Below, piece after piece: positions 45,986 through 55,135 of a DNA stretch of 64,000 nt. The notes under the pieces are model-generated. The model did not search any database, was not told the DNA's origin, and worked only from the letters and a program-made list of their open reading frames with translations. Source of the DNA: an uncultured Anaerolineaceae bacterium (GTDB lineage Bacteria > Chloroflexota > Anaerolineae > Anaerolineales > Villigracilaceae); contig CAZULT010000003.1 of NCBI GenBank assembly GCA_964621295.1, forward strand, positions 70 to 64,069, read 5' to 3'. Position numbers and translations under genes: made by a program. The number at the start of each line of letters is the position of its first letter. Position 1 is the first letter of the stretch.

Positions 45986-46120
45986 GTCGGATCTCCATCA
46001 ACTTGTTTTTGCTTCAAATCCAATGCCCTGAATAGAGGTGCTGTGTCAAGGTGATCAATCAACAGAAAATCTCCAACCACTGGTTATCCGCTTTCTTTAC
46101 GGTTATGAACCACAGACTGG

Positions 46121-47176
46121 CTAGAAAATACAGCCGCCATCGCTGGTTATTGCACTTGCCGCACCGATATTGTTAAACGCCTCAACTTTGTAGGCGTACG
46201 GTCCACTACCGGGTGGGATATCCGTATAGCTGGTGGCATTCGCGCCCAGGGTGGCGATCACCGTGTTGTCGCGGTACACGCGGTACCCTGATTCGTTGCT
46301 CGCAAGGTCCTGCCAGCCCAGGGTCACGGAGTAGGTCGGGGACGCACACACATGGTTGGTCACACTCAATGAACCTGGGGCGCTGGGCGGGGATTGCGGC
46401 GGCGGAGGCGGTGGGGGAGCGGAAGTGTCGGTTGGCGAGATCACCACCGGCGGTGGGGGTGCGGCCACTACCTGCACCCCACCGGTGGGGCCGCTGGCCT
46501 TGCCGGTTGCATCCGAGACCCAGCAATGACCCCCATTAGCCCGCAGCACCCACCACCAGCGCGGTTCGCTCCCATTGCGGCCATCGATCTGCGTGCTCTG
46601 GTCCATCAAGAATGAATCATCCACCTCGTAGACAGTGCCGGGCCCGGCGCGGCAATTGGCGTTGGTCGTGAACGTGAATAATGGAATCGATGGGGCAGAA
46701 GTCAGGGTAGGCGTAGCTGGCTCGATCTCAGGAGGAATATTCGTTTCAGCGGGTTCAACTGTTTCAGGGGCCTGCCCCCCTTCAGCAGGAGCCGGGTTCA
46801 CCACCTCTCCCCCGATTCGGACACGAATCGTGTTCGAACGTCCTTGATTGCCTTCATGATCGATCGCAACAACTTGAAGAGCATACTCTCCTGGACTATC
46901 CGGCTGCCAGACCTGTGAAACCTCAGATAGCTGGTTGGTTGGATCGACCTGGTTGTCCGCGCGAATTTGGGTTCCATTCACGTAGAGCGCTACCGAGACA
47001 GTTCCAGTTCCTGACGTGGCGTGAGAACGCACAACCACGGGAGCCAGCGGCAGGGTAGACCCATCCAGGGGGGCGTCGATCCAGGTGCGAGGTCCTGGCC
47101 CGCTCGCACCTGCACAGCCTGCTAGAAAAAGTGAAAAGAAGCACCCGATTTTCACAAATATTTTTTTTGTTTTCAT
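46121..47176 (-). CDS. exported lipoprotein: Ig-like module, SH3b-like domain, Pro-rich linker, Fn3 domain
   Basis: ATG at 47176 after GGAGG. Signal MKTKKIFVKIGCFFSLFLAGC. Ig-like module ending VWQPDSPGEYALQVVAID. SH3b-like NCRAGPGTVYEV...WWWV. PPPPPPQSPP linker. Fn3 with SNESGYRVYR. Confidence 0.78.
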   Translation of the reverse strand: MKTKKIFVKIGCFFSLFLAGCAGASGPGPRTWIDAPLDGSTLPLAPVVVRSHATSGTGTVSVALYVNGTQIRADNQVDPTNQLSEVSQVWQPDSPGEYALQVVAIDHEGNQGRSNTIRVRIGGEVVNPAPAEGGQAPETVEPAETNIPPEIEPATPTLTSAPSIPLFTFTTNANCRAGPGTVYEVDDSFLMDQSTQIDGRNGSEPRWWWVLRANGGHCWVSDATGKASGPTGGVQVVAAPPPPVVISPTDTSAPPPPPPPQSPPSAPGSLSVTNHVCASPTYSVTLGWQDLASNESGYRVYRDNTVIATLGANATSYTDIPPGSGPYAYKVEAFNNIGAASAITSDGGCIF

Positions 47177-47228
47177 CTTCCAGCCTCCACTCAGCCAGGG
47201 AGAATCTACTCTGAAAAGAATTAAGTTT

Positions 47229-49613
47229 TTATGGTATCGCTCGAATATGAAATGTGATTTCGCACGTGGACCATTCTGTTGTGGGACGAACCGTGAATTC
47301 CTGGTCCAGGGCAAACCACTCCGCCAGGCTGCGAGGCTCCAGAATGTAAGCGTTTTGCCGCGCGTGTAACCCGGAACTTCGGCCCAAGTCCCATCCGCAC
47401 CACAGATCATCCGGGGAGATCGAATCATGATCCCAAAAATCAAACAACACTTTCAGATCCTGACCATCCTCGATTGGGATGCGTAGTACATTTCGGCTGA
47501 AGCCCGAACTTCTCACACTCCCGAAGGACATATCTGCCCATGAATGCAGGCCCGGAGATAGCGAGGTAAAGGCCGGACCGGCGAGACACCCATCGATGGA
47601 ATCGCAACCCTCGTGATTGTTCCACTTCAGGACGTGCCCATTGAAATTTAGCCAGCCATAGGCTTCCACTGAGGCCCCACAATCATTCAGGCAAAAATCT
47701 GTTCCTGGATCACCGTCCGGGGCAGAAAACACCTGCAAATCCAGTAATGTGATTTCCAGCTGGGAGCAAGACGGCCCTACTTCCAACTCTTCACTGGGCA
47801 GGGATTCGATCGCCTCCCCAGTCATCGGATCAACCCCGACCACCGCACTGACATAGTAATAGATCGTTTCATTACAATCGTCTACTGACTGGGGGGCGTA
47901 CGTAAATCCACGAAAGGATTCGTAAGCAAGATGTGGTTCAAGATCGCTCGCGCTTCTGGCATAGACCCTGAACGTGTGCCTCTCGCCTGAGCGGACATCA
48001 TAGCTCCATGTCAGGCCAGGTTCAGGAACGCCATGACAGGCAACCCCGCTTCCAGCCGCTTCACACCGCCGCCAGCTATCCGTCGCGCGCAGATCATATG
48101 GAGGCGGAAATGACGGGTCGACCGGCGCACCCAAGCCACCCCCGCCATAACCACCCGTGTCTGTATAATTAATGCGGTAAGTGACTTGATAGCTGGCATC
48201 CGATGGACCGGCCATCAAGTTTCGGCCATCCCACTCTTCCGGGGGATGGGAACGCGAAAACCGTCCCATATTGACCAGGGTATCCCCCTGCCAGCCCAGG
48301 CACTCAGCCACGATATCCAAAGGCGTTGAACGATCTACAAAGACCGTCCGTTTGTTCTCCCCACTGAAATGCGCGGCGATATTCCATGTGCCGCTCTCCA
48401 ATTCCAGGAACGAAGAACCCGCCGGTACGCGTTCGAACGGCGAGCCAGCCAGCGAGACATAGCAATATACGCGCTCGTATGAATCGCGGACCGTCATTTC
48501 TACAGCTTCAACAGATAAGGAAGTTCGCTCACCCGTTTCCCTAGGACAGTCCACGGTCACCCAATCCGAAGGCGGGCTCCAGATTTCCCCGCTCGTGTTA
48601 TAGGCAGAGACAGCGTAAGAGAAGCGCCCATTCGGCGGGTTTCTGTCGGTAAAGCTTATGCGGTCTCCGCTCGTAGGCACTGCCGTTATCGGCCCGACCA
48701 GCTCAGGCCGGGCGCCCGATCCCAGAGTGGTGCGGTAGATACGGAATCCGATCTCGTTGTCCGCCCGGTCCAGCCAGCGCACCACCACCTGGCAGGACTC
48801 ATTTAATTCCGCGCTCACATCGATAGGAGGCGAAGGCGGTTCGTCGCTCACCGGAGAGCTGGAACATACCCACGGCTCCATCAGGCAGGTCAGAATATTG
48901 ATGTCAAGGGCCCTCCACCAGATAAGAATGTCGGTCTCAACAGGTGTCTCGTCCCCAGATGGCGGAGGCGGTTCCTCTGGTGGGTCCACGCGCGGCGATC
49001 CGTCTCCTTCACCACCTGCAGGCGGGAGGCCACCACCCCCTCCGCCACCGCCGGGAAGTGCGGGTACATCCATTGGCGTACCGGGAGCCGGCGTATCCCC
49101 AACTCCGGGGTTGCGTTCGCTGAGTTCTTCCGGGGTTGTGTCGAACGCATCCGCGATACTTTCGACCGTATCGCCAGGCGCAACCTCATAGGTGAAAGCC
49201 CTTTCAACCACCTCGACCATGACCGGATCCGATTGGCCTGCTCTCCCCTTCCCGTCGATCGCGCGCAGCAGGATAAGGAAATTCCCGGGCCCGGTCGGGA
49301 TCCAGGCCTGACTCACCTCAAAGGGTTGATCCGTTTCCGGGTCTGGATTGGATTGGGAGGCGATCATCCGACCATTGACCCACCACTGCACTTCAGCGAT
49401 GCCTTCCGGGCCTCGCGCCTGTCCGAACACGACCACCGATTGGTCCACTGGGACGGGGCTTTCCGGATAGGTATCGGATATAGATACGATTGGTGTTGAT
49501 GGTATCGTTTTGGAAGTTGTGTACTCCAGATAGAAGAAGGCGATCGCAACCAGGATGGCACAAGCTAATAATGACCCCAGAACGTATATCCAGCGACCTG
49601 TTTTTCTCCGCAT
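47229..49613 (-). CDS. membrane-anchored exported protein: Ig-like module, LysM, Gly/Pro linker, Fn3, about 470-aa Cys-rich unknown domain
   Basis: N-terminal TM WIYVLGSLLACAILVAIAFFYL. Ig-like module ending AWIPTGPGNFLILLRAID. LysM YEVAPGDTVESIADAF. GGGGGGGLPPAGG linker. Fn3 ADNEIGFRIYR. The C-terminal domain has about 15 Cys. Confidence 0.8.
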   Translation of the reverse strand: MRRKTGRWIYVLGSLLACAILVAIAFFYLEYTTSKTIPSTPIVSISDTYPESPVPVDQSVVVFGQARGPEGIAEVQWWVNGRMIASQSNPDPETDQPFEVSQAWIPTGPGNFLILLRAIDGKGRAGQSDPVMVEVVERAFTYEVAPGDTVESIADAFDTTPEELSERNPGVGDTPAPGTPMDVPALPGGGGGGGGLPPAGGEGDGSPRVDPPEEPPPPSGDETPVETDILIWWRALDINILTCLMEPWVCSSSPVSDEPPSPPIDVSAELNESCQVVVRWLDRADNEIGFRIYRTTLGSGARPELVGPITAVPTSGDRISFTDRNPPNGRFSYAVSAYNTSGEIWSPPSDWVTVDCPRETGERTSLSVEAVEMTVRDSYERVYCYVSLAGSPFERVPAGSSFLELESGTWNIAAHFSGENKRTVFVDRSTPLDIVAECLGWQGDTLVNMGRFSRSHPPEEWDGRNLMAGPSDASYQVTYRINYTDTGGYGGGGLGAPVDPSFPPPYDLRATDSWRRCEAAGSGVACHGVPEPGLTWSYDVRSGERHTFRVYARSASDLEPHLAYESFRGFTYAPQSVDDCNETIYYYVSAVVGVDPMTGEAIESLPSEELEVGPSCSQLEITLLDLQVFSAPDGDPGTDFCLNDCGASVEAYGWLNFNGHVLKWNNHEGCDSIDGCLAGPAFTSLSPGLHSWADMSFGSVRSSGFSRNVLRIPIEDGQDLKVLFDFWDHDSISPDDLWCGWDLGRSSGLHARQNAYILEPRSLAEWFALDQEFTVRPTTEWSTCEITFHIRAIP

Positions 49614-49785
49614 ACAAACCTCGTTTTAACAAAACAATCCCAACCGAACGGCTGGTGAATTCGTTATGCAACAATAAGGTCTTTTTCTACGTTGACGTGT
49701 TTCTAGCTCCGGTTTCCTTATGTGTAAAATATTCTTTCGGACCACGGGCGAATTCGCAAACGCCGGTGAAACTGAATTCGATCAA

Positions 49786-50517
49786 CTACTTCGTGGTTGC
49801 GCGACTGATGAGGTCCATGGCGGCAGCCTGTGCCTGCTCGGGAGTCGCGCTCACATCGGCTATTAAGAAGGTCAAAAAGGCATTATCGGTTGCAACGCCA
49901 ACGACCGCTCCCTGCAGGAAGGCTTCGTAAGAGTACACATTCTCACCCAGATTCACCAATTGGTTGTATACAAAACCCTGTCCGCCCCAACATTCTTCTT
50001 TGAGCGCCAAATCCTGCTTAAACAGCTCCAGGTTGGATTGACTGCGCAGAGCTTCCACCTCAGGCGAAAACGAAGTGGGTTGTTCGCCAGTGCTCATACT
50101 TAATTCACATCCAGCCTGCAACTGGGCGATTTCATTCAGCAGGTAATTCTTGGCATTCTCCCCTTCATAAACAGCCACTGTGGCATACTTTTCACCCGGC
50201 ACAGCCAAATAAGTACACGAGACAACTGCAGTATCACTTGCCTTGATCGGATCGTCCACAGGTTGACCGAGTGCAGCTTCAGCAATATCCTGCGTTACCA
50301 ACTTGCACGGATCCAGTTCAGTGATCACGGCCATTCCTGCTGCAGCGGATGAGGCCGGCGGCGACGGGTTCTCGAGCATGACAGTGGGTTCTGTTTCCGG
50401 TGGAGGCGCAGGTTCCTGTTCCTGGGGCGGTGACGCAGGTGTGGAAAACGAGCAGGCAAGCGCTACGAAAGACAACGTGAACATGCAGGCCAACATCTTG
50501 GCAGATCGATAATTCAT
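49786..50517 (-). CDS. exported lipoprotein, unknown function
   Basis: ATG at 50517 after AAGGAG. Signal MNYRSAKMLACMFTLSFVALAC plus a Pro/Glu-rich linker. DPCKLVT motif. Confidence 0.65.
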   Translation of the reverse strand: MNYRSAKMLACMFTLSFVALACSFSTPASPPQEQEPAPPPETEPTVMLENPSPPASSAAAGMAVITELDPCKLVTQDIAEAALGQPVDDPIKASDTAVVSCTYLAVPGEKYATVAVYEGENAKNYLLNEIAQLQAGCELSMSTGEQPTSFSPEVEALRSQSNLELFKQDLALKEECWGGQGFVYNQLVNLGENVYSYEAFLQGAVVGVATDNAFLTFLIADVSATPEQAQAAAMDLISRATTK

Positions 50518-50716
50518 CGTTCTTCTCCTTGTGCAGAATATACAATTGTCTTGGAAGTGCTGTTGAGCCAAGCGTTCAATACCGGATTGCTTGATGGCCC
50601 CCCACAAATTAACTCTAAGGAAAACACTAAGAACGCACTTGGAATTAGAATACAATAATTCACAATTTATGTCAATTTTGTGATATTTTTCACTTCACAG
50701 ATTGAGATCAATTCAC

Positions 50717-50765
50717 AGAAAAAAGAAAACCTGGCATCCGGAATGCTTGCCTCCAGAATGCCAGG
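50717..50765 (-). terminator. rho-independent terminator of alaS
   Basis: On the minus strand, the stem CCTGGCAT...ATGCCAGG (50730-50737 / 50758-50765) is followed by TTTTCTTTTTTC. Confidence 0.55.
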
Positions 50766-50801
50766 CAACGCCTGCACTTTTCCTCCACCGGGATCGGCGG
50801 G

Positions 50802-53609
50802 CTATTTCATGTGTGCTTCCACCCACGCTGCGACAGAATCCAGCGCTTCCCCCACTTTGCCGGCGTCCTTGCCGCCGCCAAAAGCCAGGTGCGGCGCACC
50901 GCCCCCACCCGCGCCTAACTGGCGTGAGAGATACCCGACCAGGTCGCCGGCTTTGAGGCCTTTCTTGATCAAATCTTGCGTGACGGCGGCCATGACGACC
51001 ACCTGCGCCTCTGCAGGCGCAGCGATGACGCACACGCCTTTTTCCGGGAACATCTCGCGGAAGCGGTCCGCCAGTATCCCTAACGTCTCCTTGTCCACGC
51101 CAGGAATTTCCGCCGTAACAAGGTTGATCTCCTTCACGGTCCGCTTGCTTTTCAGAAACGAATCGAAGGAAGCCAGGGCGAGCTCTGCGCTCACTTCGGA
51201 CAGTCTCCGGCGTAAGACGCTGACCTGCTCCTGCAACCCGGATACCTTGGCGGGCAACTCCTCAGGAGTGGCCGAAAGCAGGGCGGCGGCCTTTCTGGCC
51301 GCCTTGAAGCGGCGGCGGATCAACTCGTAGGCACCGCGCCCGGTGACGGCTTCGATGCGGCGGATGCCGGCCGCAGCCGATCCCTCGCTTGTGATCAGGA
51401 ATGCGCCCACGTCGGAGGTGCGCTCGAGGTGCGTGCCGCCGCACAATTCGTAAGAGTAGCGCCGCTCGGGGTCTGCTCTGGGAGCGGTTGCATTGCTGTC
51501 GGAACCCGTGGGCGCAATCGTCAGCGTGCGCACGGTATCGCCGTATTTCTCCCCAAAGAGAGCCATGGCGCCTTCCTTGATGGCCACGTCTCGCGGTTTC
51601 AGGACAGGTTTGACAGCCATGTCGGCAGCCACGGCGTCGTTGACGATCTGCTCCACGCGCTCGATCTGCTCAGCCGACATGGCCTCAGGATGGGTGAAAT
51701 CGAAACGCAGCCGGTCGGGCGCCACCAGCGAGCCGGCCTGGCGCGCCGCATCACCCAGGACCTGGTGCAGGGCAGCGTGCAGCAGGTGCGTGGCGGTATG
51801 GTTGCGCATGATATCGTGGCGGCGCTGCATGTCCACCTGGGCCACGGCATGGTCACCCACACCGGGATGGCCTGAAACCACTTCTCCCACATGGACGATG
51901 ATCCCGGCTGATGGTTTGCGCATACCGGTGACCTCGATCTCCCAGGTTCCCTCCGCCGGTCTTCCGCCGCTTGAACTGCTGGAGGAACGGATCAATCCCG
52001 TATCGCTCACCTGCCCGCCCGATTCAATGTAGAAGCCGGTCTTCGGCAGCACGATTTCGACCGTTTCACTAAAAGTTACCGAATCAACTGCTTTTCCATC
52101 CACCACCAGGGCCAATACTTCACCTTCGATCGTCGTGCTCATGTAGGGGTCATATTCAACGCCACCCGGACCGAGTTGCTTGTCAGCCTGAATGGCTTTG
52201 AGGACGCTTGCGTAGAATTCGGCGTCCTCTCCGCCCAAGGCACCCATGGCCTTGCCCCCACCCGAAGCCAGGCGGTGCTCATCCATGGCAGCGCGGAAAC
52301 CGGCTTCATCCACATCCAGGCGTTGCTCCTTGGCGATATCGCGGGTGATCTCGAAAGGCAGGCCGTACGTGGCGTACAGGTCGAAGGCCTTGCGCCCATA
52401 GAGCACGTTTTTCTTCTTTCGGGCCAGCTCGTCGAGCAGGGTCTGTAAGTGAGCGGTACCGGTCTCCACGGTGCGCGCGAAGCGCACCTCCTCGCGAGTC
52501 AGGTTTTCGAGAATCGTCGTGCGGTTCTTTTCCAGTTCCTGGTAGAAATCCGCGTAGGTTACGATGACCTGCTCGGCAACACGCGCCAGGAAGGGTTCCG
52601 TCAGGCCAAGCTTGTTCCCGAAGCGGGCCGCGCGCCGGATGATCATGCGGCAGACGTAATTGCGGCCCATGTTGCCGGGCACCACCCCGTCGGCGATCAA
52701 GAAGGTCGCGGCGCGAACATGGTCACAGACAACGCGATACGGTGTGAAATCCGCCTGCATCTGTTCTTCCGTGTGACCGGTGAGCGCGCGCACCGCTTCC
52801 AATGAGGAACTGAACAGATCGGTTTTGTAATTCGAATCAACATCCTGCAACACCGAGACAAGGCGCTCGAAACCCATGCCGGTATCCACGTGTGTGGCCG
52901 GCAGCGGCTCGAGCCTGTCGGGTCCCAGGCGGTTGTACTGGATAAAGACCAGATTCCAGAGTTCGAGGAAGCGTGCGCAATCGCCGTTGACCCCGCAAAC
53001 GTGGCCTTTTACATCCTGCTTGTCGCAATACTTCTCGCCCCGGTCGTAGTGGATCTCGGAACAGGGTCCGCACGGACCGGTCTCGGCCATCTCCCAGAAG
53101 TTGTCTTTGCGCCCGAAGTACAGCACGCGCTCCGGACTCATCCCGGGTTGCTGCTTCCAGTATTCTGCGGCTTCTTCGTCGGAGGGGATGTCCCCCTGCT
53201 CGTCTTTGAAGACGGTTACCCAAAGGCGCTCCCTGTGTAGTCCCCACTCCTCGGTCAGTAGCTGCCAGGCCCACTGGATGGCTTCTTTCTTGTAATAATC
53301 GCCAAACGACCAGTTGCCGAGCATTTCGAAGAAGGTGTGGTGCGAATCGTCGCGGCCCACATCCTCCAGATCGTTGTGCTTGCCGGCCACGCGCATGCAC
53401 TTCTGCGAGTCGACCGCCCGCGTGTAAGGGCGCTTATCGGTGCCCAGGAAGACATCCTTGAACTGCACCATACCGGCATTGGTGAACAGCAGCGTGGAAT
53501 CTCCGCCAGGGACGAGCGAAGCCGAAGGCACAGCCGTATGACCATGCTCGACAAAGAAGTCAATATAAGTTTTGCGGATTTCCGCACCGGTTAACTTTTT
53601 AGGAACCAT
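50802..53609 (-). CDS. alaS: alanine--tRNA ligase
   Basis: Start at MVPKKLTGAEIRKTYIDFFVEHGH (ATG at 53609, GGAG upstream). Class II AlaRS motifs FTNAGM and HHTFFEMLGNWSFGDYYK. Editing-domain HTATHLL and CGGTH. C-terminal DHHA1 region. The ORF track extension to 54086 is not AlaRS-like. Confidence 0.95.
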   Translation of the reverse strand: MVPKKLTGAEIRKTYIDFFVEHGHTAVPSASLVPGGDSTLLFTNAGMVQFKDVFLGTDKRPYTRAVDSQKCMRVAGKHNDLEDVGRDDSHHTFFEMLGNWSFGDYYKKEAIQWAWQLLTEEWGLHRERLWVTVFKDEQGDIPSDEEAAEYWKQQPGMSPERVLYFGRKDNFWEMAETGPCGPCSEIHYDRGEKYCDKQDVKGHVCGVNGDCARFLELWNLVFIQYNRLGPDRLEPLPATHVDTGMGFERLVSVLQDVDSNYKTDLFSSSLEAVRALTGHTEEQMQADFTPYRVVCDHVRAATFLIADGVVPGNMGRNYVCRMIIRRAARFGNKLGLTEPFLARVAEQVIVTYADFYQELEKNRTTILENLTREEVRFARTVETGTAHLQTLLDELARKKKNVLYGRKAFDLYATYGLPFEITRDIAKEQRLDVDEAGFRAAMDEHRLASGGGKAMGALGGEDAEFYASVLKAIQADKQLGPGGVEYDPYMSTTIEGEVLALVVDGKAVDSVTFSETVEIVLPKTGFYIESGGQVSDTGLIRSSSSSSGGRPAEGTWEIEVTGMRKPSAGIIVHVGEVVSGHPGVGDHAVAQVDMQRRHDIMRNHTATHLLHAALHQVLGDAARQAGSLVAPDRLRFDFTHPEAMSAEQIERVEQIVNDAVAADMAVKPVLKPRDVAIKEGAMALFGEKYGDTVRTLTIAPTGSDSNATAPRADPERRYSYELCGGTHLERTSDVGAFLITSEGSAAAGIRRIEAVTGRGAYELIRRRFKAARKAAALLSATPEELPAKVSGLQEQVSVLRRRLSEVSAELALASFDSFLKSKRTVKEINLVTAEIPGVDKETLGILADRFREMFPEKGVCVIAAPAEAQVVVMAAVTQDLIKKGLKAGDLVGYLSRQLGAGGGGAPHLAFGGGKDAGKVGEALDSVAAWVEAHMK

Positions 53610-53702
53610 GCTTGCTCCGAATTTTAAGTTGGGCATCATTATATCAGGAAGCCCGTCTGCAGGGATTGCCACTCCAAAGGATATACCAGGTTCCTCATCC
53701 CA

Positions 53703-53711
53703 TGCTATACT
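53703..53711 (+). promoter_or_regulatory. candidate extended -10 element (TGCTATACT) for the 53745 gene
   Basis: TGn+TATACT lies 34 nt upstream of the ATG at 53745. It shares CATGCTATA with the element at 12427-12437. Confidence 0.3.
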
Positions 53712-53744
53712 CATGCAAATCAATCCGCATTTCGGGATGCGCGC

Positions 53745-54257
53745 ATGGACCTTTCCCTCATCATTCAATTCATTTCCACGGCTTCGATCCTGTTCGGCAT
53801 CCTGTTCGGGCTGCTCAACCTGCGCAACTTCCAGGCCATGCGACGCCGGGAGAGCGCCATCCTGATGCTGAACTCGTTCCAGACCAGCGACTTCGTGCGC
53901 GGGCTGCTGCTCACCTACGAGTTGCCGGAAGGCGTCACAACGGCGTATATCGAGAAGCTGCCCAGGGAACAATTCATCGATCTCTACATGGTGATCGGCA
54001 CCTGGGAACGCCTGGGCATCCTGGTCTACCGCCGCGAGATCGACCTTGAACTTGTCGATGACGCCTATAGCGGGCCTGTGATCCAATCATGGCAGAAGTT
54101 GGAAACCTACATCATGCAGTTCCGCGCGCGCGTAAAACGTGATACTGCCTTCGAATGGTTCCAGTGGCTGGCGGAACGCATGCTGGAACGCGAAACCAAG
54201 ACCCAACCTGTCCCGGCTTACCAGGCTTTCCGTAACTGGGATCCCAAAGGAAGATAA
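53745..54257 (+). CDS. hypothetical N-terminally anchored membrane protein
   Basis: A single N-terminal TM (LIIQFISTASILFGILFGLLNL) followed by a helical soluble domain. No family securely recognised. Confidence 0.65.
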   Translation: MDLSLIIQFISTASILFGILFGLLNLRNFQAMRRRESAILMLNSFQTSDFVRGLLLTYELPEGVTTAYIEKLPREQFIDLYMVIGTWERLGILVYRREIDLELVDDAYSGPVIQSWQKLETYIMQFRARVKRDTAFEWFQWLAERMLERETKTQPVPAYQAFRNWDPKGR

Positions 54258-54262
54258 ACTCC

Positions 54263-54751
54263 ATGACCTTCCCGCAACGTGAATTCCTGATCGAGCGCCT
54301 GCAGCACGCCCGTAAACCCCTGGAGGACCTGCACCCGCAGGCGCCACCGGGGAAAGAGATCTATGCCAATTGGACCGTGAAGGAATTGCTGGCGCACCTG
54401 ACCGGCTGGGACGATGTGACCATCGAAGCCCTGCATGCCCACGGGCGCGGCGAGCCGGTCAGCACGACGGTTTCGACCGGCATCGATGCCTACAACGCCA
54501 GGACGGTCTCTTCGCGTGAGAGCTTGAATCTAAAGCAAACCATCGATGAATGGCGCGCGACGCGCCAGGCGCTGATCCAGGCCTTGCATGACCTGCCCGA
54601 CGAGAAGTTCAACCAGGCGCTGACGTTTCCCTGGGGCGAGACCGGCACGGTCGCCTACCTGATCGAGATCTTTGTGGAGCACGAGGAATACCACGGCGGG
54701 CACCTGGCAGAGTGGCTCAGGAACCCGGACGAGATCATCGCTGACCATTGA
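54263..54751 (+). CDS. DinB/ClbS(DfsB)-like four-helix-bundle protein
   Basis: WTVKELLAHLTGWD and C-terminal HEEYHGGHL motifs are typical of the DinB/DfsB superfamily. 162 aa. Confidence 0.6.
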   Translation: MTFPQREFLIERLQHARKPLEDLHPQAPPGKEIYANWTVKELLAHLTGWDDVTIEALHAHGRGEPVSTTVSTGIDAYNARTVSSRESLNLKQTIDEWRATRQALIQALHDLPDEKFNQALTFPWGETGTVAYLIEIFVEHEEYHGGHLAEWLRNPDEIIADH

Positions 54752-54755
54752 AGAA

Positions 54756-54784
54756 ACAAACGCCCCGCTTCACGGGGCGTTTGT
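54756..54784. terminator. bidirectional rho-independent terminator between convergent genes
   Basis: Perfect 12-bp stem ACAAACGCCCCG (54756-54767) / CGGGGCGTTTGT (54773-54784), loop CTTCA, A/T-rich flanks on both sides. Confidence 0.7.
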
Positions 54785-54786
54785 GG

Positions 54787-55128
54787 TCACTCGGGAACTT
54801 CGTCGAAGAACTGTGTCATCTGCCTGCGGTAGGCCGTGAAGGCCTGGCGGCCTTTGTCGGTCAACTTCAACATCGTGTTCGGGCGCTTGCCCTTGAAGGT
54901 CTTCTCGACTTCCAGGTAGCCGGCCTCCTCCAGTTTGGTCATGTGCGATGACAGGTTGCCCCAGGTCATGCCGGTCTGGTTCATGATGAAAGTGAAATCG
55001 GCGCTCACCAGCACATACAGCAGGGCGACGATGGACAGGCGGGCCGGCTCGTGGATGACGCGGTCCACATCCGTTAACGGAGACAGGTTGGATGATGTTT
55101 CAGGGGTGTCCACGTCTTCATCCTTCAA
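54787..55128 (-). CDS. winged-helix transcriptional regulator (ArsR/MarR-like small HTH protein)
   Basis: VIHEPARLSIVALLY...FTFIMNQTGMTWGNLSSHMTKLEEAGYLEVEK is a typical wHTH core. 113 aa. Confidence 0.75.
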   Translation of the reverse strand: MKDEDVDTPETSSNLSPLTDVDRVIHEPARLSIVALLYVLVSADFTFIMNQTGMTWGNLSSHMTKLEEAGYLEVEKTFKGKRPNTMLKLTDKGRQAFTAYRRQMTQFFDEVPE

Positions 55129-55135
55129 TTTACTT

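Noticed and set aside
35074-50517. Interpreting the exported-protein island as a mobile genomic island or prophage
   Set aside because: There is no integrase, transposase, tRNA, direct flanking repeats or phage structural genes in or around it. Only internal duplication and decay are visible.
53610-53744. T-box leader upstream of alaS
   Set aside because: Only about 135 nt separate alaS from the divergent gene. No specifier-loop or T-box (AANNNGGGUGGUACCGCG-like) sequence was seen. A TATAAT at 53638-53643 (minus strand) implies a short leader.
53610-54086. N-terminal 159-codon extension of the alaS ORF (the track gives a 1094-aa ORF)
   Set aside because: The extension is not AlaRS-like and would overlap the divergent 53745 gene. 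The canonical AlaRS N-terminus (MVPKKLTGAEIRKTYIDFF) starts at 53609, with GGAG upstream.
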